Assembly: GCA_963755915.1 (NCBI GenBank)
Contig: CAVWLP010000002.1
Span: 4,640,001 to 4,704,000, forward strand
DNA length: 64,000 bases
Direction of reading: 5' to 3'
Origin: an uncultured Phycisphaerales bacterium
GTDB lineage: Bacteria; Planctomycetota; Phycisphaerae; Tepidisphaerales; Tepidisphaeraceae
This document shows positions 21,906 to 31,142 of the stretch, in pieces. The notes beneath the pieces were generated by a model. That model was not told where the DNA came from and searched no databases. It saw only the letters and a program-made list of their open reading frames with translations. The position numbers were made by a program, and so were the translations under genes. How positions within the stretch are numbered: the first letter of the stretch is position 1; each line of letters starts with the position of its first letter.

Positions 21906-22256
21906 ATCTGAGATCGTCTCCTCAATCAGCTTGTCCACGGTTAACTCCTTACGCTGTGAAAGCTCCCAGAGGGTGAATTTGTGTTGCTTTCCCTTCGTCG
22001 CCATTGATTCGCCGATAGCGTTCAATGTCTTTTCGTCCGAAGCTCTAAGGCCAATCCTTCCAACCGTTCTCAGAAAATCTTCGAGCATGGCATGAAGAAA
22101 GACCACTGCCGACCTGAGTATGTCGGAAGTTGCGTGTGGCGACGCGTCGGGTGGAAGGCTTTCTTTCTTCATTGACGCCGCAAGCTGGATCAATGAGATT
22201 GCTCGATCCCAATTCGCAAGAAATCTCATCGCCATGTTGTCAGTTCCATCAGGCAT
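21905..22256 (-). pseudogene. 3'-truncated HEPN-like protein
   Basis: DILRSAVVFLHAMLEDFLR resembles the N-terminal HEPN helix; the sequence degenerates after ETISDY and no RxxxxH is reached. Confidence 0.45.
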
Positions 22257-22566
22257 TGGTCCCTCAGAATTAAATGCGTGGATGACTTCGAATTCTCAGC
22301 CTTAAAGCCGATTTAGACTTATGAAGATCATTCAAGTCCAAAACAAAGATATCTTACTCGACGAAAGCGATCACCATTACATTTCTCAGCTTCCATGGTG
22401 GTTCACCGCCGCTTCTACCAGTAGCTGTAGGCGCGTGGTCATTTCGTATTCAAATGAAGTCTAATAATGCCATAGTCTTTTAAAAAAATTTGCCCAGCTT
22501 ACCTATCCATCCCAGCTTGTTGCGGACTGTTACCTTTTGTACCGCACGCCCCAAAACCAAAAAACG

Positions 22567-23967
22567 CTATCCCCCCGCCTTCTCGAAATATCGGCTGGCG
22601 AAAGTAATGAAAGTCGGCCAGCTATACATATCCGAATGCCCCCCATCGTGTTGCTGAAACGCCAGATCCCCATCGATAAGCGGCGTGCCGAGCTTCGGCA
22701 ACTCGCTGACGCCGACGTCCTTCTTGCCCAGCAATTCATAAACCGGCCCCGCCGCCGCGGCCGCCATGAACATCCCCTTCGCATCGACCCACCCGTCCCC
22801 TTTCGGCGCCGTTCCCCCCGTGATCAGCACCGGCCGCGGGGCGCACAGGGCAATCAGTTCATGCGAGTCGACCGGCAGGTCGTTCCAGTGGCCGGCGTAT
22901 TTGATGAAGTTGCCGGCCATCCAGTGATATTCACCCGACCCAGTCAGATTTTCGACGAGTTCACCCCAGTACCGCCGATTGAGCTTTGCCCCCCCTTCCC
23001 CGGATGAACTGACGTAAGCGATGGCGAACCGCTGGTCATATGCCATCGTGACGAGCGCCGCCTTTCCCCATCGCGAATGCCCTTCGACACCAACGCGGGT
23101 CGCGTCAACTGCCGGATCCGTCTGGAAATAATCCAGCGCCCGGCTCGCCCCCCACGCCCAGGCTTTAAGCACGCCCCAATCATCGACGGCGCGGGGCTGC
23201 CCCTTGTTGCACAGGCCAATGATTCCCTGCGTAAGTCCCGCCCCATTATCAGCCTGAACGCTGGTGGTGTTGAGCACGGCATATCCCCATCCCTTGGCGA
23301 GCACCTGCTGCTGCCAGGTCGGACCGGGAAAGAAAAAGGGATTGGGACGAGTCGATGCAGCCAGGCCACCCGGGCGAGTCGATGGCCGTGCGCCGAAGCG
23401 CCCGAATCTTCCGCCGATGAAGGGGTAGCCGAGGAGTTGGAGCATCACCGGCACCGGGGCTTTCGCATTCGCGGGAGTTGAGAGCGTCAATCCGATGGTG
23501 ACGGTAATGTCGGGGTAGAAGGAATTATCGACATGACCCGCGAGGCGCTTGGTGATGACCTTGCCGTCGTTGGTCTGGCTGATAATTTCCCATCTGACAG
23601 ACGGCGTAATCTTTGGATCGCAGCCGTAGACCTCGCGATCGAAAAGCTCAACGATTTCCGGCCGGCGGAGGGACCACCACATTTCCGGCGTGCTGACCTT
23701 TTCGCCATTGTTCAGGATGAGCGGGTCCGGGAGCGTCGGATAGGGGTTGGCCTTGGATTCATCGTAGTTCGGGTGATTGCCATCCGCGCCGGGCGGGATG
23801 GAGGTGATGTGAAGAAGGTCCATGAGGTGCTTGTGGTCCTGCTCGGTGCTAAGATGAACGGGGGGTGGATCGGAGGACTGCGTAGCAGGCCCGTCGGCAA
23901 GGGCGAGGGATTTCAAAGAAAGAATTAAGATTCCCACCAGGATGCTGGCCAAGTGGTCGAAGTGCAT
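22567..23967 (-). CDS. Secreted CE15 glucuronoyl-esterase-like alpha/beta hydrolase
   Basis: Signal peptide, NYDESKANPY.LPDPL, WAWGASRALDY, GHSRWGK nucleophile motif, LPVDSHELIALCAPRP. Confidence 0.88.
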   Translation of the reverse strand: MHFDHLASILVGILILSLKSLALADGPATQSSDPPPVHLSTEQDHKHLMDLLHITSIPPGADGNHPNYDESKANPYPTLPDPLILNNGEKVSTPEMWWSLRRPEIVELFDREVYGCDPKITPSVRWEIISQTNDGKVITKRLAGHVDNSFYPDITVTIGLTLSTPANAKAPVPVMLQLLGYPFIGGRFGRFGARPSTRPGGLAASTRPNPFFFPGPTWQQQVLAKGWGYAVLNTTSVQADNGAGLTQGIIGLCNKGQPRAVDDWGVLKAWAWGASRALDYFQTDPAVDATRVGVEGHSRWGKAALVTMAYDQRFAIAYVSSSGEGGAKLNRRYWGELVENLTGSGEYHWMAGNFIKYAGHWNDLPVDSHELIALCAPRPVLITGGTAPKGDGWVDAKGMFMAAAAAGPVYELLGKKDVGVSELPKLGTPLIDGDLAFQQHDGGHSDMYSWPTFITFASRYFEKAGG

Positions 23968-24129
23968 CAGACTCCTCCGCAGGGGTGGCAGATAAAATAG
24001 CCGATTTGTGGTTTTAAGCAACCGTTTACCTAACGTCAAAATCGCGGTGGCTCTAGATATTCGGGCCCAATGTCCGATAATGAGGGCGGAAATGCGCGGC
24101 AGGGAGGCCGCTGATTTTCGAGTGACGTA

Positions 24130-25255
24130 TTGGATCAATCTGAGGTGGATGCGCTCCTGGCTGCCGTGGATACGGGAGCCGTGGCCACGAAAGAAGCGCT
24201 CCCAACCGTCTTCGGTGCCAAGGGGAAAACCCAACTGGAAGTGCAGGTCTATGACTTCAAGCGCCCCGAGCGCGTCAGCAAAGATCAGATGCGCGCCCTT
24301 GAGGCTCTGCACGAAGGGTTCGGGCGAAACTTTGGGGCGGCCATTTCCGGGTATCTGCGGACGATTATCGAAGTCAACGTCGCGAATATCGAGCAGCTCA
24401 CTTACAGCGAGTTTATCCATACGCTGCCCAATCCGACCTGTTTTAATCTGCTCAAGGCGGAGCAGCTCGATGGGCAGCTTTGCCTGGAGATCAGCCCGCT
24501 GATTATTTATCCGATTATCGATCGGCTCCTGGGCGGGAGCAACGCCGAGCTTTTCATTCCGCAGCGGCCGCTGACGCAGATCGAGCAGCGGCTGGTGCAG
24601 AGGATAACGGATCGGGCGACGCATCATTTGTCGGAGGCCTGGACCAATCTCACGCCGGTAACTTTTCGCGTGGAGGATTTTGAGAGCAATCCGCAGTTGG
24701 TGCAGATCGTTCCGCCGAACGAGACGGTGGTGGTGGTGGGATTTGAGCTGAAGATGGGCAGCCGGGCAGGGACAATGGCGCTGTGCATTCCGTACAACGT
24801 GATTGAGCCGATCATGTCGATGCTGGCGACGCAGAACTGGTTCAGCTACCAGCGGAAGGGATCGCAGGATGATCATCTTCGCCGGCTGACGCGGAACGTG
24901 AGCACGGCGCCAGTGGAAATGCGGGTTTTCCTGGCACAAACGTCGATTCGGCTGAATGATCTGATGAACCTCCAAGTGGGGGATTTGATCACGACGGATA
25001 AAAAATCGCACGAGGATGCGGCGATCCAGGTTGAGGGGAAAATGAAATTTGCGGCGCAGGCCGGGCAATATCGAGGCAAGCGGGCGATTCGGCTGACGCG
25101 AATAATCCGGGAGGCGGAGGATTCATCCGCGACAGATAAAACGGAAGGCGCTCGACTTAGCGCCGCTGGTGCCGCCAGCGCAAGCGGCGGCGGCGCAAGC
25201 CCCAACACCTCCTGCTGCGCCTGCGGCTGGGACGCCGAAGGGCGGGGCGAAGTGA
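24130..25255 (+). CDS. fliM: Flagellar motor switch protein FliM; frameshift near 25155
   Basis: LDQSEVDALL, YDFKRPERVSKDQMRALE, EQLTYSEF, ESNPQLVQI, SpoA domain; shifted frame gives tail APLVPPAQAAAAQAPTPPAAPAAGTPKGGAK* (TGA 25253-25255). Confidence 0.9.
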
Positions 25256-26001
25256 GCCAGGCGGCGCCAGCATCAAACCCGACCCTGGATTCGGCGGGGA
25301 AATGGCTTTCGAATTATCTGAAGCAGTCGGAGTTGCCGCTGCACAGCCTGGCGTTTCTTCTGCCGGCGATGGTGCTGTTTGAAGTGGGGATCAGTTTCAA
25401 TGGGACTGATCCAATTGCATTTCGGATGATGCAGATTTTTTTCCAGCAACTGGGCGCCACCGGGCGGTTCGTGCCGGTACTCTCGGTGGTGGGGATTCTG
25501 CTCACCTGGCATATCAGTCGCAAGGATCCGTGGGTCATCAAAATGGAAACGCTGTGGGGGATGCTGCTGGAGAGCATGATGCTGGCAGTGCCGCTGCTGG
25601 CGCTGGGGATTGCGGTAGCGCGCTGGCACGTTCACACGCCATTGTCAGCGCGGTCGATGCAGTGGAGCGACAACGCGGTGCTGGCGCTGGGGGCAGGCGT
25701 GTATGAGGAATTCGTTTTTCGCCTGGGGCTGATGACCTTGATTTCGATACTGGCGGCGGATGTGTTAAAGATGCGTAAACCTGCTGCGAACCTACTAATG
25801 GTGTTAATCTCGGCAATCTTGTTCTCTCTCTACCATTACTTGGGAACGGAGAGCTTTCAGATGCAAAGCTTTGTGTTTCGAACAGGGGCTGGTCTGTATT
25901 TTGCGATATTGTTTCTGACCCGCGGATTTGGTGTAACAGCAGGCTGTCACATAGCTTATGATATAACCATCATCACGCTACAGGCATTTGCCCCACATTA
26001 A
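25252..26001 (+). CDS. CPBP (Abi/CAAX) intramembrane glutamic endopeptidase
   Basis: GTG start overlapping the fliM TGA; AGVYEEFVFR, FSLYHY, RGFGVTAGCH. Confidence 0.85.
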   Translation: MSQAAPASNPTLDSAGKWLSNYLKQSELPLHSLAFLLPAMVLFEVGISFNGTDPIAFRMMQIFFQQLGATGRFVPVLSVVGILLTWHISRKDPWVIKMETLWGMLLESMMLAVPLLALGIAVARWHVHTPLSARSMQWSDNAVLALGAGVYEEFVFRLGLMTLISILAADVLKMRKPAANLLMVLISAILFSLYHYLGTESFQMQSFVFRTGAGLYFAILFLTRGFGVTAGCHIAYDITIITLQAFAPH

Positions 26002-26038
26002 CATCTAAATATTCTCTTACGTTGGGGCCAAAACTGTC

Positions 26039-26044
26039 TATAAT
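26039..26044 (+). promoter_or_regulatory. Candidate sigma70 -10 box for the DUF2617 leader
   Basis: Perfect TATAAT in an AT-rich intergenic stretch; -35 unclear. Confidence 0.4.
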
Positions 26045-26285
26045 GATCGGCGATTTAGAGGCTGGCATCCGTTTGTGACTGGTTGCCGGCGCCTAAATCG
26101 ATCCGCCCGATGTGGGCGGATCATGCCACGTATGGCGGATCAGAAAGGCTGGCAGGACGCCAAAGGCTTTTCGTGAAACTCTCGCCTATGGCGAGCATGT
26201 CTATCCGCACAGGTGTAAGGCCCAGACAGTTTGGACTTCGTTCCTTCTGTCACAATGTGAAGGGGTTTCCCTTCTAGAAAGAAGC

Positions 26286-26846
26286 ATGGACGCTATGAGC
26301 AACCGAACCAAGCAACGTCGAATGGGTGGACTCACCCTACTTCTTTACCAGCGCACCCTGCATCCGGAACTGTTCAAGATTCTGGCTTCGGAAAAGGTCA
26401 ACCGCCGCGCCTATGAAGCGGATATCTGGTTGGTTGAAGGGGGTCATGTCATTAGCCTGACGGCTGACAAGAACACACTCACCGAAGTCATTGTCAACAA
26501 GAGCGAGCCGATGACCGACCGGAGTCTTCTTCTTTCCACCCCCTGCCGGGGCGAGAAATATCACGAAGACACCTACGGCAACATCCGCTACATGATCAGC
26601 ACCCAGGAAGAGCAACTGACGCAGACCCTGTACGATGCGACGAAGCACGAGATTTCCAGCTACGCCGCGAAGCGCGAGCTGATGACGGCCGATGTGCCGC
26701 CCCGCCAGGAGACTGGTGGCTCGCTCAGCGTGCTCGACATTGAGCGCCGCAGCCACGAGCTGCTGGTCCAGAGCTTCCACCTCTTCGATGAGAACCAGAT
26801 GGTCATCAAGACCCAGGCGATCATCGAAGTGGTAAAGTCGGCATAG
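26286..26846 (+). CDS. DUF2617-family protein
   Basis: LLLYQRTLHPELF...ADIWLVEGGHVI...VQSFHLFDENQMVIKTQAIIE. Confidence 0.7.
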   Translation: MDAMSNRTKQRRMGGLTLLLYQRTLHPELFKILASEKVNRRAYEADIWLVEGGHVISLTADKNTLTEVIVNKSEPMTDRSLLLSTPCRGEKYHEDTYGNIRYMISTQEEQLTQTLYDATKHEISSYAAKRELMTADVPPRQETGGSLSVLDIERRSHELLVQSFHLFDENQMVIKTQAIIEVVKSA

Positions 26847-26875
26847 ACTGCGCAGAACCAAACAGAACGCCCAAG

Positions 26876-26901
26876 CCCAGGCCCTAAAGCCTGGGTTTTT
26901 T
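26876..26901 (+). terminator. Intrinsic terminator
   Basis: cccaggc-cctaaa-gcctggg followed by tttttt. Confidence 0.85.
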
Positions 26902-26994
26902 CATCTAATTGCTGGGACAAATTCTTGTAGCATTCTAAGATTTACAGGTTATAGAGTTTAGCAGCGCGTAGGGTTCAATTCGGGAGACACGTTC

Positions 26995-27264
26995 ATGGGG
27001 ATGGTTACGGTTGAAGTCTGGGACGCCACTGGCAACAAACGGCAGAAGGTTGAGATGCCGGATGATGTGCCGGTGAACCGTTTATTGGCGGTGCTGCTGG
27101 AGAAGATGAAATTTCCACAGTTCGCGCCGGACGGGCAGCCGTTGAGTTACAAATTCCATCACCGCGCTTCCGGGAAGCAATTGCTCGACGAGCAAACGCT
27201 GGCGCAGGTGGGCGTGAAGGAGGGGGATGTTTTGCGGCTTCAGCCGGAGATCACCGCGGGATGA
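26995..27264 (+). CDS. EsaB/YukD-family ubiquitin-like (beta-grasp) protein ending in ...EITAG
   Basis: 89 aa; VEMPDDVPVNRLL, LLDEQTLAQVGVKEGDVLRL matches the ubiquitin-fold C-terminal pattern; GGGAG RBS. Confidence 0.88.
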   Translation: MGMVTVEVWDATGNKRQKVEMPDDVPVNRLLAVLLEKMKFPQFAPDGQPLSYKFHHRASGKQLLDEQTLAQVGVKEGDVLRLQPEITAG

Positions 27265-27309
27265 GAAGTTTCGGGGAGAAGCTGGCGAAGCAGTTCGGGC
27301 GATAGATCA

Positions 27310-28639
27310 ATGGAAGATGAGAAAATTCAGATTTCGTGGAACGACCTGAAGACGGCCAAGGTCGAGAAGCACGTCCGGCAGCAGCAGGCGCTGGGCCGGA
27401 ACCGCAAATATGCGCAGATGACGGCGGAGGATCTGCCCGATGCGCAGAAGTCATCCGGTTCGCTTTGGTACAACCCGATTTTTTTGCTGGCGGTATTTGG
27501 GTTCGTGGGTGGGATGCTGGCCTGGGGCGGCAGTGCGCTGCTGCACCTGTGCCGGATCGGCAGCGCGACGCCGACGAGGCAATGGCTTCGATTCAGGATA
27601 TCCGGCAACTGGTGCGGACAACGCCCAATGGGCAGGGCATCACCCAGGCCCAGGCGGATGCCGCGATCGGGATGATCGTCGCCAACGCGGGCGACAATAC
27701 CTATTTGAAGATTGAGCTTCAGCCGGAGTTTACTCCGCAGGAGAAGCAGGAGCGAATCGCCGCGCTTCAGCATGATGATTACTGGAAGAACCTGATCACC
27801 CACATCATCAGCTTTGGCCTGTGCGGGATTTTCATTTCGATCAGTTTGAGCGCGGCTGAGCCCATCATCGACCGTAACCAGCATGCGGCGGTGATTAACG
27901 GATCGGTTGGGGCGGCGCTGGGGCTTGCGGGAGGCCTGGCGGCGTCGCTGCTGGTGGACCGGATTTACAGCCTGATCGGCGGGGCAGATCATGGTTTGCT
28001 GCGGGAATATCTGGGACAAACGCTGAGCTGGTGCGTGCTGGGGTGTTTTCTTTCGCTCGCCCCAGGCGTGATAGCGATGAATCGGAAACGCCTGGTGATC
28101 GGTTTGGCCGGAGGTGCGTTGGGCGGTGCGCTGGGAGGAATGCTGATGGTTCCGCTGACCCAGATTTCGCAGAGCCCGGAATTCGCACGGCTGGCTGCTC
28201 TGTGCTGCATCGGCGCTGTGAGCGGGGCTGCGACCGGACTTCTCGAGCAGGCGGCGCGGACCGGGTGGCTGAAAGTAGTGGCGGGTGTGATCGCAGGCAA
28301 ACAGTTTATCCTTTATCGAAATCCCACGTTTATCGGCTCGCGCCCGACTGTCAGATTTATCTCTTCCGCGATCCCGCGGTGGGACGACGCCATGCGACGA
28401 TTCATCTGCTGAAAGGGAGAATTGAGATCGAGGACCTTCCGCTGGGGGGGCAGACGACGATCAATGGGAAGCCGATCACGAGAAGCCGGCTTCAGCATGG
28501 CGATCAGATCGGCATCGGTGGGACGACTTTTCTGTATCAGGAGAAATCGCGGCAGACGAGCAACGGCGCGAAACCACGGCCGCCGTCGAAGGCCGGCCAA
28601 CTGCTTGAAAAGGTTCGGGCGAGCCTAGGGGGGGAATGA
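27310..28639 (+). CDS. Polytopic Gly-rich membrane protein with C-terminal FHA-like domain; frameshifts near 27550 and 28340
   Basis: Multiple GxxxG-rich TM helices, then GWLKVVAGVIAGKQFILY...IGS.PDCQIYLFRDPAVGRRHA...ING...LQHGDQIGIGGTTF. Confidence 0.82.
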
Positions 28640-28648
28640 GAAAGGGGT

Positions 28649-28698
28649 GACGCCGCGTAAACGCGGCCGCTAAACAACGCGGGGGTTCACGCGGCGTC
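28649..28698. terminator. Nested inverted repeats between convergent genes
   Basis: gacgccgcgt (28649-28658) / acgcggcgtc (28689-28698), plus inner gccgcgt-aa-acgcggc. Confidence 0.5.
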
Positions 28699-28725
28699 CG
28701 GAGAGTGCTGGATTACGGGTTCCGG

Positions 28726-28944
28726 CTATTGTCCATTGGCGCCGGGCTTGTCCGTAGTCGTCGTCTTGTCGGTAATCGTGTTACCGTTGGAGTCCTGCTT
28801 TACCGTGGTATCCGTGGATTTCACGGTTCCATTCGGCTCGGTTTGCTGGGAATCCTCGTGTGACACGGTGCGGTCGCAACCGAACATCACCGGCATCGCA
28901 GTCAGGGAAAAAAGCACTGCGGCAGTACTCAGATAGCGCATCAT
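28726..28944 (-). CDS. Small Thr-rich lipoprotein
   Basis: AAGGAG RBS, signal peptide ending VMFGC, low-complexity mature part. Confidence 0.65.
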   Translation of the reverse strand: MMRYLSTAAVLFSLTAMPVMFGCDRTVSHEDSQQTEPNGTVKSTDTTVKQDSNGNTITDKTTTTDKPGANGQ

Positions 28945-29091
28945 AGTTGGCTCCTTTGAAAGAGTATTCAAACATCAGGGCAGGGAGCAAAGGGCAGGCC
29001 GATGAAAGAAAATGCGGGGGATGTTATGCTGGGAAACTGAGATTTCTGCGGTAATGGCAAGCAGGGTCAATAATGAGGTGGAAAAACAAAT

Positions 29092-29448
29092 ATGGACGCG
29101 ACACAAATTCCGGGCACGACAATCAGCTACGACGATTTTGCCAAGCTCGACCTTCGGGTGGCCACGATCTTGGAATGCAAGGCCCATCCTAATGCGGATA
29201 AGCTGCTTGTATTGCAAATTGATATCGGCAGCGAAAAGCGGCAGATTTGCGCCGGCCTGAAGCAGCAGGTGGCCGATCCGCAGTCGCTGGTCGGCAAGCA
29301 GATCGTGGTGGTGGCGAACCTGGGGCCGCGCCAGATGCGCGGCGAGATCAGCCAGGGAATGCTGCTGGCGGCTACGGATAGCGCGGCGAACCGGGTAATC
29401 GTGGTTGTGCCGTCTGAAAATGTTCCGGCGGGGTCTAAGGTGAGTTAG
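29092..29448 (+). CDS. Stand-alone tRNA-binding OB domain (Trbp111/CsaA/MetRS C-terminal type)
   Basis: ISYDDFAKLDLRVA, HPNADKLLVL, RQICAG, VVANL.PR.MRGE.SQGMLLAA. Confidence 0.9.
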   Translation: MDATQIPGTTISYDDFAKLDLRVATILECKAHPNADKLLVLQIDIGSEKRQICAGLKQQVADPQSLVGKQIVVVANLGPRQMRGEISQGMLLAATDSAANRVIVVVPSENVPAGSKVS

Positions 29449-29461
29449 GACGGGCTAGCCT

Positions 29462-30217
29462 TCAAGATGGCGTTAGCGCCCGCATTTTTTTAACGCATTT
29501 GGTCAGGGCGGGAACGGGATTCTCGGGGTCGGCTTCGTATTCGATGACCGCCATTCCGTCGAATTTGGTTTCTTCGAGTGCCGCGACGAAAGCGGGGAGG
29601 TCGAGGTTGCCGGTGCCGACGACGACGTCTTTCCACTGCGCCCGGCGGTCGAAGACAAAATCCTTGTAATGCACGCCGAAGATTTTGCCTTTGAATTTTT
29701 CGCGAACCCATTTGATTGGATCGCCATTAGGTCCGATCTGCATGCACCAGGCAGTGTCGAGGTTGATGCCAATGTGGCGGCCGCCGAGTTTGGTGAGGAC
29801 TTCGAGCACATCCGGCGAGCCGCCGAACATGTACCCGCCGTGGCAGTGGATGCCGATGCGAATGCCAAATTCTTCGCACAGCCGCGCGGCTTTAGGGACC
29901 GCGTCCTGAAACGTGCCGACAGTGAAGTGTGCGGAGATGTGTTTTGCCCCGGCCGCTTTCGCGCACTGGAACCATTTCTTCTCCCGGCTCGCGTCGCCGA
30001 CGAACGCCTGCACGCCGATGGACACCACTTCGACCCCGGCCTTCTGGTATATCTCCAGCTCGCGTTTGAAGCTGTCGACGTTGTCGAAATCGACATGCAC
30101 GGCGCAGAGCTCGATCTTGGACAGGCCGATTTTCCTGGTTAGCGCGGCAACCTTCGCGTTGTCCTTGAAGTTGCGAAAACAGTAGCTTTGCACCCCGAAA
30201 TCACGTGCCGCGGACAT
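29462..30217 (-). CDS. Sugar phosphate isomerase/epimerase (xylose-isomerase-like TIM barrel)
   Basis: GVQSYCFR, IGIHCH, LDTAW, VHYKD, GTGNLD, IEYE. Confidence 0.85.
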   Translation of the reverse strand: MSAARDFGVQSYCFRNFKDNAKVAALTRKIGLSKIELCAVHVDFDNVDSFKRELEIYQKAGVEVVSIGVQAFVGDASREKKWFQCAKAAGAKHISAHFTVGTFQDAVPKAARLCEEFGIRIGIHCHGGYMFGGSPDVLEVLTKLGGRHIGINLDTAWCMQIGPNGDPIKWVREKFKGKIFGVHYKDFVFDRRAQWKDVVVGTGNLDLPAFVAALEETKFDGMAVIEYEADPENPVPALTKCVKKMRALTPS

Positions 30218-31140
30218 GGATTCATTCCCTTTCGATGGTGGTCACTTTGAATTTGCGCCGGGGGCATTCGGGACTTGATTCCCTTCATGCCCACGTCCTG
30301 TCCCACGAAAATCAGGACTTCCTCAAAACGCTGGTTGGGTCCGTCGCGGGTGAGAAACCGGCTGCCGAAACGATTCGGGTCTTCGGTCGCGGTGGAAGTT
30401 CCCACGACCAGAAATTCACCGGGGTGGATATCCACCGACCAGTGCAAATTGTAGTAGTTCTCGCGCTCGAGATATTTCACCGAGGGTGGATCGTCGGCAA
30501 GCGAATAATCGCGCCGCGTGCGCCACGCCTTGACGACGGGGCAAATGGTAAGACGCACCGTTTGCGGCTGCCGGGGGGCCCACTGAAAGGCCGTGGAGAG
30601 GAAATTCTGGCAATTGCTGTACGAGCGCATCGTCAGGCCGTGATCGTCGTAGATGAACAGAAGCTCCTCGGGAAGGATGTCCGACATATCGATCAGCGCG
30701 TCCTCAAAGTTAGGCTCGGCCGTGTACTCGGTTTTGCGCAGCTTGATGGCGGATTCATGGATGAGAATAGAAAGGAAATCCGGCCAGTCCGCCATTCGCG
30801 CCCGCCCGACGTGCAGGCCATTGTTGTGCATGTTGATATTTGTGCCCACATCGACGACGTCTTCGTCGACGAGCTTCCAGAAAGAATCGTCGCGGCTGTT
30901 CGCCCCATAGGGCATCTGAAGCTGATACATGGTCACATGGATGACGCCCGCGCTGGTAAGCATCGGATTGGCCTGCGTGACGGCTGGTGGCGCAGCGTCG
31001 CCTTTAATCACATTCTGGCTCTGCGCCGGAACCGGCGGTTGTGGCGGGGGCGCCTGCGGCGCGGTCGGCGGCGGTGTAGGCGTGCAGGCGGCCAGAGCCA
31101 GGAGCAGAACAGAACCGTAAATGGCCGATCGAAACTGCAT
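30139..31140 (-). CDS. Hypothetical lipoprotein (3' end uncertain)
   Basis: LLLALAAC lipobox, Pro-rich linker, globular domain; as read it overlaps the next gene. Confidence 0.65.
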   Translation of the reverse strand: MQFRSAIYGSVLLLALAACTPTPPPTAPQAPPPQPPVPAQSQNVIKGDAAPPAVTQANPMLTSAGVIHVTMYQLQMPYGANSRDDSFWKLVDEDVVDVGTNINMHNNGLHVGRARMADWPDFLSILIHESAIKLRKTEYTAEPNFEDALIDMSDILPEELLFIYDDHGLTMRSYSNCQNFLSTAFQWAPRQPQTVRLTICPVVKAWRTRRDYSLADDPPSVKYLERENYYNLHWSVDIHPGEFLVVGTSTATEDPNRFGSRFLTRDGPNQRFEEVLIFVGQDVGMKGIKSRMPPAQIQSDHHRKGMNPCPRHVISGCKATVFATSRTTRRLPR

Positions 31141-31142
31141 GG

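Noticed and set aside
23968-25068. Long N-terminal extension of the 833-aa minus-strand ORF
   Set aside because: Antisense shadow of fliM; the esterase begins at the signal peptide at 23967
24130-26001. Apparent FliM-CPBP protease fusion (623-aa ORF)
   Set aside because: An alternative frame gives a natural Pro/Ala FliM tail ending in TGA (25253-25255) that overlaps a GTG start for the protease; one indel near 25155 explains the fusion
26140-26170. c-di-GMP-I riboswitch-like words (gaaa...ggacgccaaaggc)
   Set aside because: The upstream GGCAAA element and the required stems are missing; not called
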